This document shows positions 25,541 through 35,879 of a stretch of DNA of 55,929 nt, piece by piece. The DNA is from a virus. Its lineage: Duplodnaviria; Caudoviricetes. Below the pieces are notes generated by a model. It was given only the letters and a program-made list of their open reading frames with translations, was not told where the DNA came from and searched no databases. Positions within the stretch are counted from its first letter, which is position 1. The number at the start of each line of letters is the position of its first letter. The translations under genes were made by a program, and so were the position numbers. The stretch spans positions 1-55,929 of IMG/VR virus record IMGVR_UViG_3300050119_000489. One strand, written 5' to 3'.

Positions 25541-26041
25541 ATGAAGCGCGTTGCCGCTCTTGGTCTGGCCCTCGGGCTTTGGGCGGCGATTGCGCTCCCT
25601 GCATGGGCGACCGCGCTTCTCAACACGCCGGTCGCGACGGCAGTGAGCGCGCAGCTATCGCCGACGTTTCAGTTGCAGCCCCAGGCCGGGCCGGTGCTGC
25701 CGAGCGCTGTCGTGCTGCAGGGGACCTTCACTTACGGCTCGGGCGGTACATCCGCCGACGCCTACGTGCAAACCTCGCTCGATGGCGGCACCACTTGGAT
25801 TGACGTCGCCGATTTTCATTTCACCACCGCCTCGGCGCGCTTTGCCTACAACCTGAATTCTTCGACTTCGGTGACGACCGAATACACGCCGTCTGATGGG
25901 TCGCTTTCGGCAAACACCGCCAAAGACGGCATCGTGGGGCCGCTCTGGCGTGTCAAATACACGACCGTCGGGACCTACGCCGCTTCGACGAAGCTCCGCG
26001 TCGACATGTTCGCCAATGGCTTGACGGCGTCCTCGCCGTAA
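25541..26041 (+). CDS. Beta-rich protein with Sec signal peptide, in the head operon
   Basis: MKR plus hydrophobic core plus AWA cleavage site; VQTSLDGGTTWIDVA. Confidence 0.75.
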   Translation: MKRVAALGLALGLWAAIALPAWATALLNTPVATAVSAQLSPTFQLQPQAGPVLPSAVVLQGTFTYGSGGTSADAYVQTSLDGGTTWIDVADFHFTTASARFAYNLNSSTSVTTEYTPSDGSLSANTAKDGIVGPLWRVKYTTVGTYAASTKLRVDMFANGLTASSP

Positions 26042-26050
26042 GGGGCGCCG

Positions 26051-26506
26051 ATGACTTGGTCCTATTCTCCGTTCAAGATTGCGACGTGTCCGAAGGACCA
26101 GGTACGGCTCCTCATCGGCGACGTGCTCGAAAATCACCCGCAGATCCAAGACGAAGAAATTTCGTTTCTGTTGACGGTGCGCGCGACGATCTACGGTGCC
26201 GCCGCGGAGTGTTGCTTGGCGCTCGCTGCGAAATTCTCGCGCAGTGTCGACGTGCAAGCGGGGACATCAAAATTTGCCTATAGCCAGCTCGCCAAGGCTT
26301 ACACGACCAAGGCGGCCTATTTTAACGCCAAGGCAGCGGCGGGCGGTTCCGCGCTTCCCTATGCTGGCGGCATCAGCATTTCCGACAAGCAGCAGCAGGA
26401 ACTCAACACTGATCGCGTACCGCCGCAGTTCAACATCGGCATGGACGACGATTACCTGCCCGTGGCACCTGCCGGGAACGAGTCCGAAGGTGAAGGCAGC
26501 CAGTGA
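26051..26506 (+). CDS. Head-tail adaptor
   Basis: MTWSY...DQVRLLIGD...DEEI.F.L. Confidence 0.8.
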   Translation: MTWSYSPFKIATCPKDQVRLLIGDVLENHPQIQDEEISFLLTVRATIYGAAAECCLALAAKFSRSVDVQAGTSKFAYSQLAKAYTTKAAYFNAKAAAGGSALPYAGGISISDKQQQELNTDRVPPQFNIGMDDDYLPVAPAGNESEGEGSQ

Positions 26507-26934
26507 CCTACACGTGGGAAACTGGTGCTCTCGATCTTCCATGGGAGACGGGCCTTTTTCCGCGCATGATCGCGGTGCATCGTTCAAAGACGGTTGCAGT
26601 CAGCGGCGGCGTGCAGCAAATCGGCAATGTCGGTTATAGCGGCCGCGAGGAGTCGACCAGCCCAAGCGATCCCGAAGGCGAGATCGTCCTATTCACCGGC
26701 ATCTCGGCCTCGATCGAGGCGGTAGCAATCGGCAGGACGAGAGGCGGTATCGTTCCTGCTGACGCTGCAGAGAAGCCGCAATGGCGCATCCTCGTGCCCG
26801 TTGCCAATCTCGCGCAATATTCAGTGCGCGACCGCGACATCATCGTCGATGATGAGGCCTATCGCTATATCGTCGTTCAAGCCTGGTTCACCCCGCTTGG
26901 CTATCAGCTTGCGTGCATTCGCCTGGAGGCCTGA
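26503..26934 (+). CDS. Head closure/stopper-like protein
   Basis: Position; VRDRDIIVDD..RY.V. Confidence 0.7.
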   Translation: MTYTWETGALDLPWETGLFPRMIAVHRSKTVAVSGGVQQIGNVGYSGREESTSPSDPEGEIVLFTGISASIEAVAIGRTRGGIVPADAAEKPQWRILVPVANLAQYSVRDRDIIVDDEAYRYIVVQAWFTPLGYQLACIRLEA

Positions 26935-26937
26935 GCC

Positions 26938-27828
26938 TTGGCAGACCTCAGCGACGTCACCGCCTATCTCGCGCAGGCGGCGAGCGGGGCTGTCTATCCA
27001 TCGGGCACGTCGCAGCCAAGCGTCGTCTCGATGGACGTGCGGATCTTCGAAGGCTGGCCGATCCCGGAGCAGCTCGATCTCGACATCGGCGGCAAGATCC
27101 TTTCCGGCAATCCGCCTGAGCCGATTGCGCGCGCCGGTGGTCCTTGCTGCAACGTCTCGATCTTTCCGATGCCCGGGGCGACCGCAACCCCGTATCAGGT
27201 CCTCGACAACACGTTCGTGCTGCAAGCGCCGGTTTTCGGCATGTCGGCGTCGATCAGTGGCAACATGGTCACCATAACCGGTGAGCCTAACCCTAACGAA
27301 TTCCTGACGATCGTCGCCGACGGAAAGTACATCTATTCCGAGCCCGGTGCGAACACCGCAGCGATCCTCGAGGCTCTCGCGACAGCAATAGCCGCCAATT
27401 ACCCGAGCGTCTCCTACACCGCGACCACGATCACCGTGCCGGTGGTGAAGACGCTGACGGCGCGCATCGGTGGCGTCGGCTTGCTCGCCAAAGTCACACA
27501 TCGCCAGCGCCAAGGGATCATGGTGACGGCCTGGGCACCGAGCCCGAGCGTCAGAAGCGCTCTCGCCGCGGCGATCGACGTCGCGGTGAAGTCGCAGCTG
27601 ATCGCTGAAATGCCCGACACGACGCAGGCGCTTGTCGTCTATTCCGGCGCGCAGCAAAGCGACGACAACCAGAACGTCGCGATCTATCGCCGCGATCTCA
27701 TGTACCAAGTCGAATATGCGACGATCGAGCAGTTCAAAGGCGTCGTCATCACCTCGGTATCGAACACCATCTCGCCGCTGGATCCGACTGATCTCTCCGA
27801 ATTGCCAGAAGGCGTCGCCATAACTTGA
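26938..27828 (+). CDS. Tail terminator/completion-like protein
   Basis: IFEGWP, YRRDL.Y.VEY; position before the sheath. Confidence 0.7.
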   Translation: MADLSDVTAYLAQAASGAVYPSGTSQPSVVSMDVRIFEGWPIPEQLDLDIGGKILSGNPPEPIARAGGPCCNVSIFPMPGATATPYQVLDNTFVLQAPVFGMSASISGNMVTITGEPNPNEFLTIVADGKYIYSEPGANTAAILEALATAIAANYPSVSYTATTITVPVVKTLTARIGGVGLLAKVTHRQRQGIMVTAWAPSPSVRSALAAAIDVAVKSQLIAEMPDTTQALVVYSGAQQSDDNQNVAIYRRDLMYQVEYATIEQFKGVVITSVSNTISPLDPTDLSELPEGVAIT

Positions 27829-27838
27829 GGTCGAACTC

Positions 27839-28087
27839 ATGGGTTACAAACTTATCGTCCGGCATCCCTTCAAGAAATTCGTGAAGGGTCAGGTCATCAC
27901 CGATCCGACGGAAGTCGCGCGCCTATCTGGCAGCCACGAAAAGTTTGTCATTCGCGTCGCGCTCAGCGCTGAAGAAGAGGCGGAAGCCGAAGCCGCGCGC
28001 AAAGCCAAGGACGTTGTGGTCAAGGACAAAGCGCCAGAACCGCCGCCGCTCGATGATTCAGCCGCTCCCATGAAGCGAGGCGGCTAA
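27839..28087 (+). CDS. Small hypothetical protein
   Basis: GAGG RBS; LIVRHPF...KGQVITD. Confidence 0.7.
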   Translation: MGYKLIVRHPFKKFVKGQVITDPTEVARLSGSHEKFVIRVALSAEEEAEAEAARKAKDVVVKDKAPEPPPLDDSAAPMKRGG

Positions 28088-28755
28088 GCCGCGTATAGGC
28101 GACGCCACTCGAGCCATTCGTCCATCGTCTTGCGGCCCTTTGATCGGTTGCAGGTCGGACAAAGAAGCTGAAGATTATCCGGCCAGTTTGTTCCGCCACG
28201 GGCGAGCGGCCTCACATGATCAACGTGAAAATTCTCGGCGATATCCGACGGGCAAGCAGCGCATATGGCCTTTTGCGATGCGAGCAGAGCGATGATGTCG
28301 GGTTTCGTAAACTTGCCTTCCGCCGCGCGGCGCTTCGCTTTGGCGGCGCGCACATGCAGCGATGAGGCGGCTTTATTTCGGTGCCGCCATGCGCGCGTGT
28401 CCGCAGTGCGCTGGGCTTTATGCTTCTGGAAACTCTTGCTGAGCACCTCGCGATGACGGCTCGTCGGCTTGGCACGCAATAGACGCTTTTGCGCCGCCCG
28501 TTCACCTTTGTCGCGTTTCTGCCTCGACGCCTTCACTCGATCAGGGTGTGCACGCCGATAATTGCGCTGATGATCGCGCATGTAGTCGCGCCGACGATCT
28601 CGTTCCTTTGACGATGCGGCCTTGAGCCGACTGCATTCGACGCAGCCGTGGTCCGAAACACGTCGCTCTGCGATGTGGCCGCGGCTGCACGCCAAGCCAG
28701 TGAAATAGCGAACCAGACTCAACTCTTTCGCGGTCGCGCGGGAGATCACGTCCAT
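28084..28755 (-). CDS. HNH endonuclease, antisense insertion
   Basis: YFTG.AC.RGH..ER...CVEC; CAAC...[27 protein letters not shown]. Confidence 0.92.
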   Translation of the reverse strand: MDVISRATAKELSLVRYFTGLACSRGHIAERRVSDHGCVECSRLKAASSKERDRRRDYMRDHQRNYRRAHPDRVKASRQKRDKGERAAQKRLLRAKPTSRHREVLSKSFQKHKAQRTADTRAWRHRNKAASSLHVRAAKAKRRAAEGKFTKPDIIALLASQKAICAACPSDIAENFHVDHVRPLARGGTNWPDNLQLLCPTCNRSKGRKTMDEWLEWRRLYAA

Positions 28756-28796
28756 GCGCGGATTGTAGTTCGCGCCAGGGCCGGAGGGAAGATCGC

Positions 28797-30755
28797 ATGC
28801 CTGTATTCCTCGACGGTCAACAGAATTTGGCCGCTCTCACCGTGCCCGGGGTGTATGGTGATATCATCCTCCCGACTCCACTGCTGCTTGGCACGCCGAC
28901 CAACATCGAAGGCCTCGTCGGCGTCGGCTCTTGGGGTCCCACAAACTTTCTGATTGCAGTTTCGGATCCGACCAGCGCAGCGCTTGCTGTCGGTCCCCCG
29001 GTGATCCGCACCTATGACATGTCGACCTATGTGTCGGCAGCGAGCCAGGTTGGCGGCGCGATCGCTTTCTACTTGGTGCGCGTGACCGACGGGACCGACG
29101 TCGCGGCTTCCGGCCAACTCGGCGCGGTGGCTGCGGTCGCGGCTTCGGGCAGCATCCTGCTTCCGACGAACCCGACGAACAATTCGACGGTGACCGTCGG
29201 CGGCACTGTCGTGACCTTCGTCACCTCGGGCGCCACGGGCAATCAGGTCAATATCGGGGGCACCGTTCTTCTCACCGCCGCAGCTTTGCTCGCTTTCTTG
29301 CAAGGCTCGGCCGACACGAACATTTCGAAATGCTCTTATGCGGCGGGCTCGCCCGCGACCACGATTGTTGTCACCGATAAGACGCTGGGCACCGCAGGCA
29401 ATTCCTTCACGCTGGCGACGAACGTTTCGGGCGGCAGTGTATCGGGCGCAACCCTCGCCGGCGGCGCGGCCTCTTATTACGGGGCGTCGATCGCCGCCAA
29501 GTACACGGGCATCCTTGGCAACGGCATCCAGGTCTCGATCCAGAACGGCACGCTTGCGAATTCATATCTCGCGGTCGTGGCCTTCCCCGGGTTGCCGCCG
29601 GAGCAGTTCAACAACATCCCGGGCTCGGGCAATACGTTCTGGCAGAACCTCGTCAACGCGATCAACAACGGGACGGCCTATCACGGGCCCTCTAACTTTG
29701 TCGTCGCGACCGCGGGCACGAGCACGGCTGCGCCGACCGTCTCTTCGCCCGTTCAGCTCAGTGGCGGCACCGACGGTGCCTCCGGAGTTACCGACGCCAC
29801 GCTCATGGGGCAGGACACGCTGCCGCGCAAGGGCATGTATGTCCTGCGCAATGCTGGCGTTGATTGCTTCACTCTCTGCGACCACGACACGTCGGCGGAT
29901 TGGGCCGCGATGGGGTCTTTCGGCCTTGAAGAAACGTGCTACCCGATCGTCGCCACGGAATCGGGCGACAGCTATACGGACGCGATCTCGACCCGCACGA
30001 GCGCTGGCGTCGACACGCCCTGGTTCAAGATCCTGCTCGGCGACTGGCCGACGTTCTACGACAGCTACAATGGCGTCTCTCGGCTCGTCAGCCCGGCGGC
30101 CTTCGCGATTGGCATCTTCGGCAATCTGTCGCCTCAGCAATCGTCGCTGAACAAGCCGCTGCAGGGCATCTCGGCCACGCAGACCTCGACGAGCGGTCAG
30201 ACCTACTCCGACGCCGAGCTCTCGATCATCAATAACGGCGGGATCGACGTGATCCTGCCCGCAGTTCAGTCGCCCGGCGGGTTTTACTATTCGTTCGCGA
30301 CCGGTCGCAACGCCTCATCGAACACCGCGGCGAACGGCGACGAATACACGCGCATGACGAACTTCCTCATCCGCACTGCGCAAAGCAAGGCGGCCGGATC
30401 GTTCATTGGCCAGTTGCAATCGATCCAGCCCAACGATCAGACGCGCGCCAACGCCAAGTCTCTGTTCGATGGCTTCAGTGCGCAGCTCGCAAGCCCGCAA
30501 GTCGGCCTCGGCATCAACGGCCAGGGGATGATCGACGGCTGGGCGACGCAGTGCGATCTCAACAATAATCCGCCGAACCTGCAGGCGCTGGGCTACCTCT
30601 TCCTCTACTGGCAGGTCCGCTACCTGAATGTCATCCGCTACTTCGTCGTGAAGTTCCAGGGAGGCGGCAACGTGCAGGTGACGGTGCAGAGCACGGCTCC
30701 GACCGCGGCACAATTCTCATCGACGGCGAACGCCGGCACCTCAGTTAGCGGCTAA
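28797..30755 (+). CDS. Contractile tail sheath protein with inserted domain
   Basis: [45 protein letters not shown]. Confidence 0.92.
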   Translation: MPVFLDGQQNLAALTVPGVYGDIILPTPLLLGTPTNIEGLVGVGSWGPTNFLIAVSDPTSAALAVGPPVIRTYDMSTYVSAASQVGGAIAFYLVRVTDGTDVAASGQLGAVAAVAASGSILLPTNPTNNSTVTVGGTVVTFVTSGATGNQVNIGGTVLLTAAALLAFLQGSADTNISKCSYAAGSPATTIVVTDKTLGTAGNSFTLATNVSGGSVSGATLAGGAASYYGASIAAKYTGILGNGIQVSIQNGTLANSYLAVVAFPGLPPEQFNNIPGSGNTFWQNLVNAINNGTAYHGPSNFVVATAGTSTAAPTVSSPVQLSGGTDGASGVTDATLMGQDTLPRKGMYVLRNAGVDCFTLCDHDTSADWAAMGSFGLEETCYPIVATESGDSYTDAISTRTSAGVDTPWFKILLGDWPTFYDSYNGVSRLVSPAAFAIGIFGNLSPQQSSLNKPLQGISATQTSTSGQTYSDAELSIINNGGIDVILPAVQSPGGFYYSFATGRNASSNTAANGDEYTRMTNFLIRTAQSKAAGSFIGQLQSIQPNDQTRANAKSLFDGFSAQLASPQVGLGINGQGMIDGWATQCDLNNNPPNLQALGYLFLYWQVRYLNVIRYFVVKFQGGGNVQVTVQSTAPTAAQFSSTANAGTSVSG

Positions 30756-30793
30756 ACGCGCGCCTTCATCATTACTGATCTTGGAGAGCTTCA

Positions 30794-31231
30794 ATGCCGC
30801 AGAACTTGATGAATGTCGGCGCCGACTATTCGTTCAGCTGCTATGACGGCACGAGTGGCGCGCTGGTCGATTTCGACGACATCGAAAGCATCAAGATCAC
30901 TGCGCAGAAGCACGACATCGCGGCGCGGCCCTATAACGATGATCCGCGCTTCGGGTATGTCGCGGACGGCTTCAAGATCGAGTTCGACATCGTCCGTACC
31001 GACTCCTCGCTTGAGGACTATGCGGTCCTGCAGAACCAGAACCTCGACAATGGTGTCGTGCAAAATCCGGGCTTCTTGAACGAGACGATTATCAACCCGG
31101 ACGGCAGCACGAGCCGTTACCAATATACGAACTTTGTCTGGTTCGTGACCGACCATGGCGATGTGTCGCGCGAGAAGATCGTCAAGATCAAAGTCGAAGG
31201 CATGGCGTCGAGGAAAGTGCAAATCGCATAG
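30794..31231 (+). CDS. Tail tube protein
   Basis: 145 aa after the sheath; ETIINPDGS...YQY. Confidence 0.85.
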   Translation: MPQNLMNVGADYSFSCYDGTSGALVDFDDIESIKITAQKHDIAARPYNDDPRFGYVADGFKIEFDIVRTDSSLEDYAVLQNQNLDNGVVQNPGFLNETIINPDGSTSRYQYTNFVWFVTDHGDVSREKIVKIKVEGMASRKVQIA

Positions 31232-31239
31232 GGGGAGCA

Positions 31240-31656
31240 ATGACGCCGACCGAGGAATATACGGAACGCTATAAGCAGATCGAACGCCACAGCGACACGA
31301 TAGGCCGAGTGATCGGCGTGCATCGGCTGCGCATGTCGCAGCAAATGAAAATCAGCGAGATGACGCCAGGTCTCGAGGGCACCACAGAGGTGACGACGCT
31401 CGAAGGCGAGGTTATCACGATTTCTCGGCGCTCTTTGCCGCTCATTGCCGCCGCTGTCTGCGAGATCGACGGAATTCCGATACCTTTTCCGAAGTCGCGC
31501 GGCGAGCTCGACTCGATCATGGATCGCCTCGACGAACCCGGCATTCTTGCCGCGATTGAGGCGTCGAATAAGCTCAATCCGAAGCCTGCGCCGAAACCGC
31601 AGGCCGGCGGAGACAGCACGGATGACGAAGACGCGGTCGAACAAGCAAAAAATTAA
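31240..31656 (+). CDS. Tail assembly chaperone
   Basis: Between tube and tape measure; ends at slippery A AAA AAT. Confidence 0.8.
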   Translation: MTPTEEYTERYKQIERHSDTIGRVIGVHRLRMSQQMKISEMTPGLEGTTEVTTLEGEVITISRRSLPLIAAAVCEIDGIPIPFPKSRGELDSIMDRLDEPGILAAIEASNKLNPKPAPKPQAGGDSTDDEDAVEQAKN

Positions 31657-31826
31657 GCAGGGACCCGTGCCTGCGCAATTGCCTTGCGCTTGTCAAACAC
31701 GGCGTCCCTTTCGATGTCGCATTCTCGCTTAACTGGCCTGAAATTATCGCGTGGCTGGTGATCTTCGGCGAACTGGATGGCTTCGAATTCAGTTGGTCTA
31801 AGATGCGGTTTTTGGACCCAAGCTGA
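31647..31826 (+). CDS. -1 frameshift extension of the chaperone (gpGT-like)
   Basis: -1 frame open for 57 codons: LSRDP...LVKHGVPFDVAFSL...FGELDG.EFSW; no start of its own. Confidence 0.8.
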   Translation, partial: KKLSRDPCLRNCLALVKHGVPFDVAFSLNWPEIIAWLVIFGELDGFEFSWSKMRFLDPS

Positions 31827-32260
31827 TGATGACCTTGCTACAAGGCGCTGCGCTGTTCACAGAGATGGGCGTGCGCTATCAAGCTGGCATTCACGATGCG
31901 CTGGACACTGCCTGCCGTGTCATCGAGACCGAGGCTAAGCGGGTCATCGGCACGTATGATTATGGCTGGACCCCTCTTCAGCCAGAGACGATCGAGCGCA
32001 AGGCGACCGGCGATAGCCCGCTGCTCGAAACTGGTGAAATGCGCGATTCGATCGAGCATACCGTCGAAGGCAAGTCAGGCCATGTCGGCTCAGACAACGA
32101 CAAGGCGGTGTGGCAGGAGCTCGGCACGTCGCGCGGAATTCCGCCTCGCTCATTCCTCGCTGGCGCTGCCATGCACAAGGGCCACGAGGCTGCGCGCGCG
32201 ATCGGCTATACGCTTTTCGAAGCGATGAACGGTCGCAAGGTTTCTATCGGCCCGTTATAG
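31826..32260 (+). CDS. HK97 gp10-like/virion morphogenesis protein
   Basis: PLLETGEMRDSI, QELGTS.GIPPRSFL. Confidence 0.8.
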   Translation: MMTLLQGAALFTEMGVRYQAGIHDALDTACRVIETEAKRVIGTYDYGWTPLQPETIERKATGDSPLLETGEMRDSIEHTVEGKSGHVGSDNDKAVWQELGTSRGIPPRSFLAGAAMHKGHEAARAIGYTLFEAMNGRKVSIGPL

Positions 32261-32975
32261 CGCGGCCGAGACCTTCGACCCAGCGCGGAACGCAATAGAG
32301 AAGCCAGATCAGAAGCGCCCAAGCGGTAATGAGGACGACGATAGAGAAGGCGAGCCAAGGCTCGTAAGTGCCGTCTTTCGTCATCGTGCTCACGCCAACC
32401 CAAATCATCATGATCGGGAAGAAGCCGGTTACGAGCAGAAGCGCAATGCCCCATTTTGCTTGAAACGAAAGATGACGCCTGGGTGCTTGCGCTGCGGCGA
32501 ACTGGTCCTGTTTCGCCGCTATCGCCAAGACGGTGCTGATCTTATCAATCGGGATCTCCACAATGGGATCCTTTAGACGAAACGATGCTGCGCCAATGGC
32601 GGCGACCGCAAGCTCCGGAGTGGTCTCGAACCACTCGCCGGTTAGCCGGTGATTGACGAGCATATTGTGCGCCACTTGCTCGATGGCATAACCATCGTCG
32701 CTTTTTGGAACTGCGACATAGGCCAATTCCAAACGTGAAGCCGACGCTGTTTGCAAACCAGCGAGCCGTGCGATGGGGTCGGCCGTGATCCCGAGTTTAA
32801 TCGGGCCCGCCTCTGACTTGATGACATAGATGAAAGACGGCGGCCGTGGCGAGGGGTTGGTGGTAGGACGAGAGGGCCCAGGACCGGAGCGGGCGTTCGC
32901 CTGAAAATCCTGCGGGCCGAAGCTGATGCCAGTTCGCCGTCCGAAAATGCGTGGCCCTGAAAACCAGAAGCGCAT
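32244..32975 (-). CDS. GIY-YIG (T5orf172-type) domain protein with two C-terminal TM helices; moron
   Basis: FIYVI...IKLGIT.DP..RL..LQT...E...H...GEWF; two hydrophobic segments. Confidence 0.85.
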   Translation of the reverse strand: MRFWFSGPRIFGRRTGISFGPQDFQANARSGPGPSRPTTNPSPRPPSFIYVIKSEAGPIKLGITADPIARLAGLQTASASRLELAYVAVPKSDDGYAIEQVAHNMLVNHRLTGEWFETTPELAVAAIGAASFRLKDPIVEIPIDKISTVLAIAAKQDQFAAAQAPRRHLSFQAKWGIALLLVTGFFPIMMIWVGVSTMTKDGTYEPWLAFSIVVLITAWALLIWLLYCVPRWVEGLGRAITGR

Positions 32976-32993
32976 AAGGACAATATATCGCCA

Positions 32994-34907
32994 ATGAGTG
33001 ACATCTACAAGATTGGCGTAGAGATCGCGCTAACAGGCTCAATACTTCAAGGGCTTGAGGCGATTTCGTCTCGGCTGCTGGGCCTCAACCTTCAGGCGAA
33101 GAACGTCGAGGGCGGCTTTAAGCGGATGGCTGTGGCTATCGGCGGCGTCGCGTCGATCTTTGGCGGCGTGGCCGTCTTTAAAGGTATGGAAAAGGTCGTT
33201 TCGGCCGGCGGCGAGCTCGTCAAGCAGCAGGCGCTGCTGCGCAATCTCGGCGTTAGCCAGGCCGATGTCATGGAGACCACGGCCAAGGCCCAACTTGCGA
33301 CCCATAAGATCATCGGCACCACGATCGCCGAGAACGTCAAGGGCATGCGCGAGATGATGGGCGTCATGCCCAATCTGAAGGAGGCGCAAGACAAATACGT
33401 CAGCACAATGCAGGCGGCCAAGGTCCTCGAGAGCCTGACCGGCACTCCCGCCGATCAATCGTTGCAGACGCTCGCCAAGGCGATCGAATTACGCGGCGGC
33501 GGCGTCGATCCTAAGACGCACCAGCTCGACCCTGAGCGGTTTCAGCGTGAGGCGATCGCGGCCACGAAGGCGATCATCGCTTCTGGTGGCCTCGTGAACG
33601 CGCAGCAGCTTCTCGCCATGATGAAGACGGCGGGCCCCATGGCCCGCATGATCGACAACCCTGACGTCTTCTACAAAGGCATCATCACTGCGATGATGGA
33701 TATGGGCGGCTTCCGAGCCGGCACCGCAATGACAGCTCTCGGCCGCCAGCTGCTCGGCGGCAAGATGACGAAACCGACCGCCGAAGAAATGGAGCGCTTC
33801 GGGGTGTTGAAGCATGGCGGCTGGCATTCCTCCGGCGTCGGCGTTTATGTCGATCCGGGCGCCTTGAAGGGCGAAGACATTCTCAAGGATTCCAATCGCG
33901 GCGTTGCGGCTTGGATGAACTTGGTCCTGATTCCAGCATTCAATCAAATGGGCTTGAAGTCCAACGCCGACGTGCAGCAAGAACTCTATCGCTTCTTCGG
34001 CACAGAAACCGCGCGTCGAACGGCCGGTCTGTTTGTTCAGAACCAAGGCCAGATTGCTCGCGACGCAAAACTCTACGACCAGGCGCTTGGCGGTCAGGCT
34101 TATGGAAATGTCGCAGCTGGTGATCTAGGCGCAAACGTCACGAACCTGCAAACGGCCTTCACCAATCTCATGCAGGCCTTCGGCGCGCCGATGGTGCCCG
34201 TTGCGATCCAGGCGATGCAGAGCCTCGCCAATGCCATGAACAACATGGCTGGCTTCGCGTTGGCGCATCCTGGCGCGATGAAGATGATCGGCGAGGGGCT
34301 TGTCGGCTTGAGCGCCGGTCTTGTTGCGCTTGGCGTTGGGGCGGTGATCGCTGCGGCGGTGGCGCTGGCTCCTGGCGGAATGATAGCGGCCGCAATCGTC
34401 GGAATCGGCGCGGCAGTGGCGGCGTTGGCCGCCATGAACTGGTCCGGCGTGAGCAAAGGATTGCAAGATTTTCGAGATAGCGCCGACAAATGGCACGCCT
34501 CGGTTCACGACGCGATCGCCAGCTTGGCATCGCGCTTTGTTACTGAGGTCAGTGCACTGCCCGGTATAGTCGGCGGAGCCATCAAGGCGGCGTTTGCCGC
34601 GATAGGCTCCGAGATCATTTCCGCTGTCAGCGCTATTCCTGGAGAGATCGCAAAGAGCGTCGGCGGGTTCTTCAATAATCAAGCGCCAGTGGGTCGTCAC
34701 AATCCACTTCTAAACAAGAACAGCTTCGTCACGCCGCGCGGTCGGGCAGCCGTGCATGTTACCACCGCTCTCAACCTCGACGGCCGCGAGCTCGCGCGGG
34801 CGGTTTCATATCATGTCGCCGCACTCTATGAGCATCCGCTCAAGGCACCGTACTTCGACGACCACGAAGGCTACGCCGGTCCCGATATGCAGACGGTGAC
34901 AACCTGA
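32994..34907 (+). CDS. Tape measure protein
   Basis: 637 aa, Ala/Gly-rich, hydrophobic segments, C-terminal LDGRELARAV. Confidence 0.9.
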   Translation: MSDIYKIGVEIALTGSILQGLEAISSRLLGLNLQAKNVEGGFKRMAVAIGGVASIFGGVAVFKGMEKVVSAGGELVKQQALLRNLGVSQADVMETTAKAQLATHKIIGTTIAENVKGMREMMGVMPNLKEAQDKYVSTMQAAKVLESLTGTPADQSLQTLAKAIELRGGGVDPKTHQLDPERFQREAIAATKAIIASGGLVNAQQLLAMMKTAGPMARMIDNPDVFYKGIITAMMDMGGFRAGTAMTALGRQLLGGKMTKPTAEEMERFGVLKHGGWHSSGVGVYVDPGALKGEDILKDSNRGVAAWMNLVLIPAFNQMGLKSNADVQQELYRFFGTETARRTAGLFVQNQGQIARDAKLYDQALGGQAYGNVAAGDLGANVTNLQTAFTNLMQAFGAPMVPVAIQAMQSLANAMNNMAGFALAHPGAMKMIGEGLVGLSAGLVALGVGAVIAAAVALAPGGMIAAAIVGIGAAVAALAAMNWSGVSKGLQDFRDSADKWHASVHDAIASLASRFVTEVSALPGIVGGAIKAAFAAIGSEIISAVSAIPGEIAKSVGGFFNNQAPVGRHNPLLNKNSFVTPRGRAAVHVTTALNLDGRELARAVSYHVAALYEHPLKAPYFDDHEGYAGPDMQTVTT

Positions 34908-35344
34908 TGCCCGCTGACGTTCTGAGCATCGGCGGTATTGCGCTCGTCGGTTATTCGCCGCCTGACGCCATGATGGCCGGCGGCAAGCAGGCCATGGTCG
35001 TCCACAAGCTGCCGGGCGGCTCGAGGGTCATTGATACGCTTGGGCCGGACGAAGCCGACATCAGCATCAAAGGCTTTTTCTTCGGAAGCGATGCCTACTC
35101 GACTGCGCAAGCCTTCGATGCGATGCGCGCCGCAGGCGAACCGGTCCCGCTTGTGTGGGGTGGTCAATACCGCACCGTCATCATCGAGGATTTCACCTAC
35201 CACGTTCGGCGCCTTCCGTTCTGGGTCGAATACGACTTCAACCTGACCGTCGTCTCTAACCCAGCGCTCGGCGCTCTCGGCGGTATAGCGAGCACGATCG
35301 ATACGCTCGTCTCTGGCGATCTCGGAACGGCACTGGGCTTATGA
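34907..35344 (+). CDS. Tail tube initiator (GpU-like)
   Basis: VHKLPGG.RVID.LG. Confidence 0.75.
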   Translation: MPADVLSIGGIALVGYSPPDAMMAGGKQAMVVHKLPGGSRVIDTLGPDEADISIKGFFFGSDAYSTAQAFDAMRAAGEPVPLVWGGQYRTVIIEDFTYHVRRLPFWVEYDFNLTVVSNPALGALGGIASTIDTLVSGDLGTALGL

Positions 35345-35658
35345 CCCTTCCAGCGAACATTTCGTCTGAAATCTCCGTCCTGCAGACCCAGGTCACAGCC
35401 AATGCGCCGTTGGCCTCGGCTCCGCGAGCGGCAATCCTCGCCATGCAGCTCAACGCCGACGAGCTTGTCGCGGACACCGATACCGCGCTTGCAGCGGCCG
35501 CTGGCGACCTCGACACATGGATCGCGCCGGTGGACCCTTCTGCGATTATATGTGGCATCCTCGCCCTTGAGGCAGACGCCGAGGACCAGACGTCGCTTGC
35601 CGACTGCCGGGGCGTTGTCGGGCGCGTTGCCTCGAATCTTAATCAGTTGCCCTCATGA
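35341..35658 (+). CDS. Hypothetical baseplate-region protein
   Basis: ATGA overlaps. Confidence 0.7.
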   Translation: MTLPANISSEISVLQTQVTANAPLASAPRAAILAMQLNADELVADTDTALAAAAGDLDTWIAPVDPSAIICGILALEADAEDQTSLADCRGVVGRVASNLNQLPS

Positions 35659-35876
35659 GCACCGAGTACATCGCTGCGACAGTTCCAGCCAAGATCGTCA
35701 GAGTCAGCGGCACCACGCTCTTCCGCGTTGCAATGGAACAGGCCGGCGACCCGCTGCAATGGCCTGCGATCGCCGCGCTGAACGGCCTTACTGACCCCTG
35801 GATCATAGCCCAGGTTGATCTGAAGATCCCGCCCGTTTTTCCGACAGGCACGCCAACTGGAATCCTCGGGCAATGA
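35655..35876 (+). CDS. LysM-like tail protein X
   Basis: TLFRVA...GDPLQW.AIAALNGL.DP. Confidence 0.8.
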   Translation: MSTEYIAATVPAKIVRVSGTTLFRVAMEQAGDPLQWPAIAALNGLTDPWIIAQVDLKIPPVFPTGTPTGILGQ

Positions 35877-35879
35877 TCA

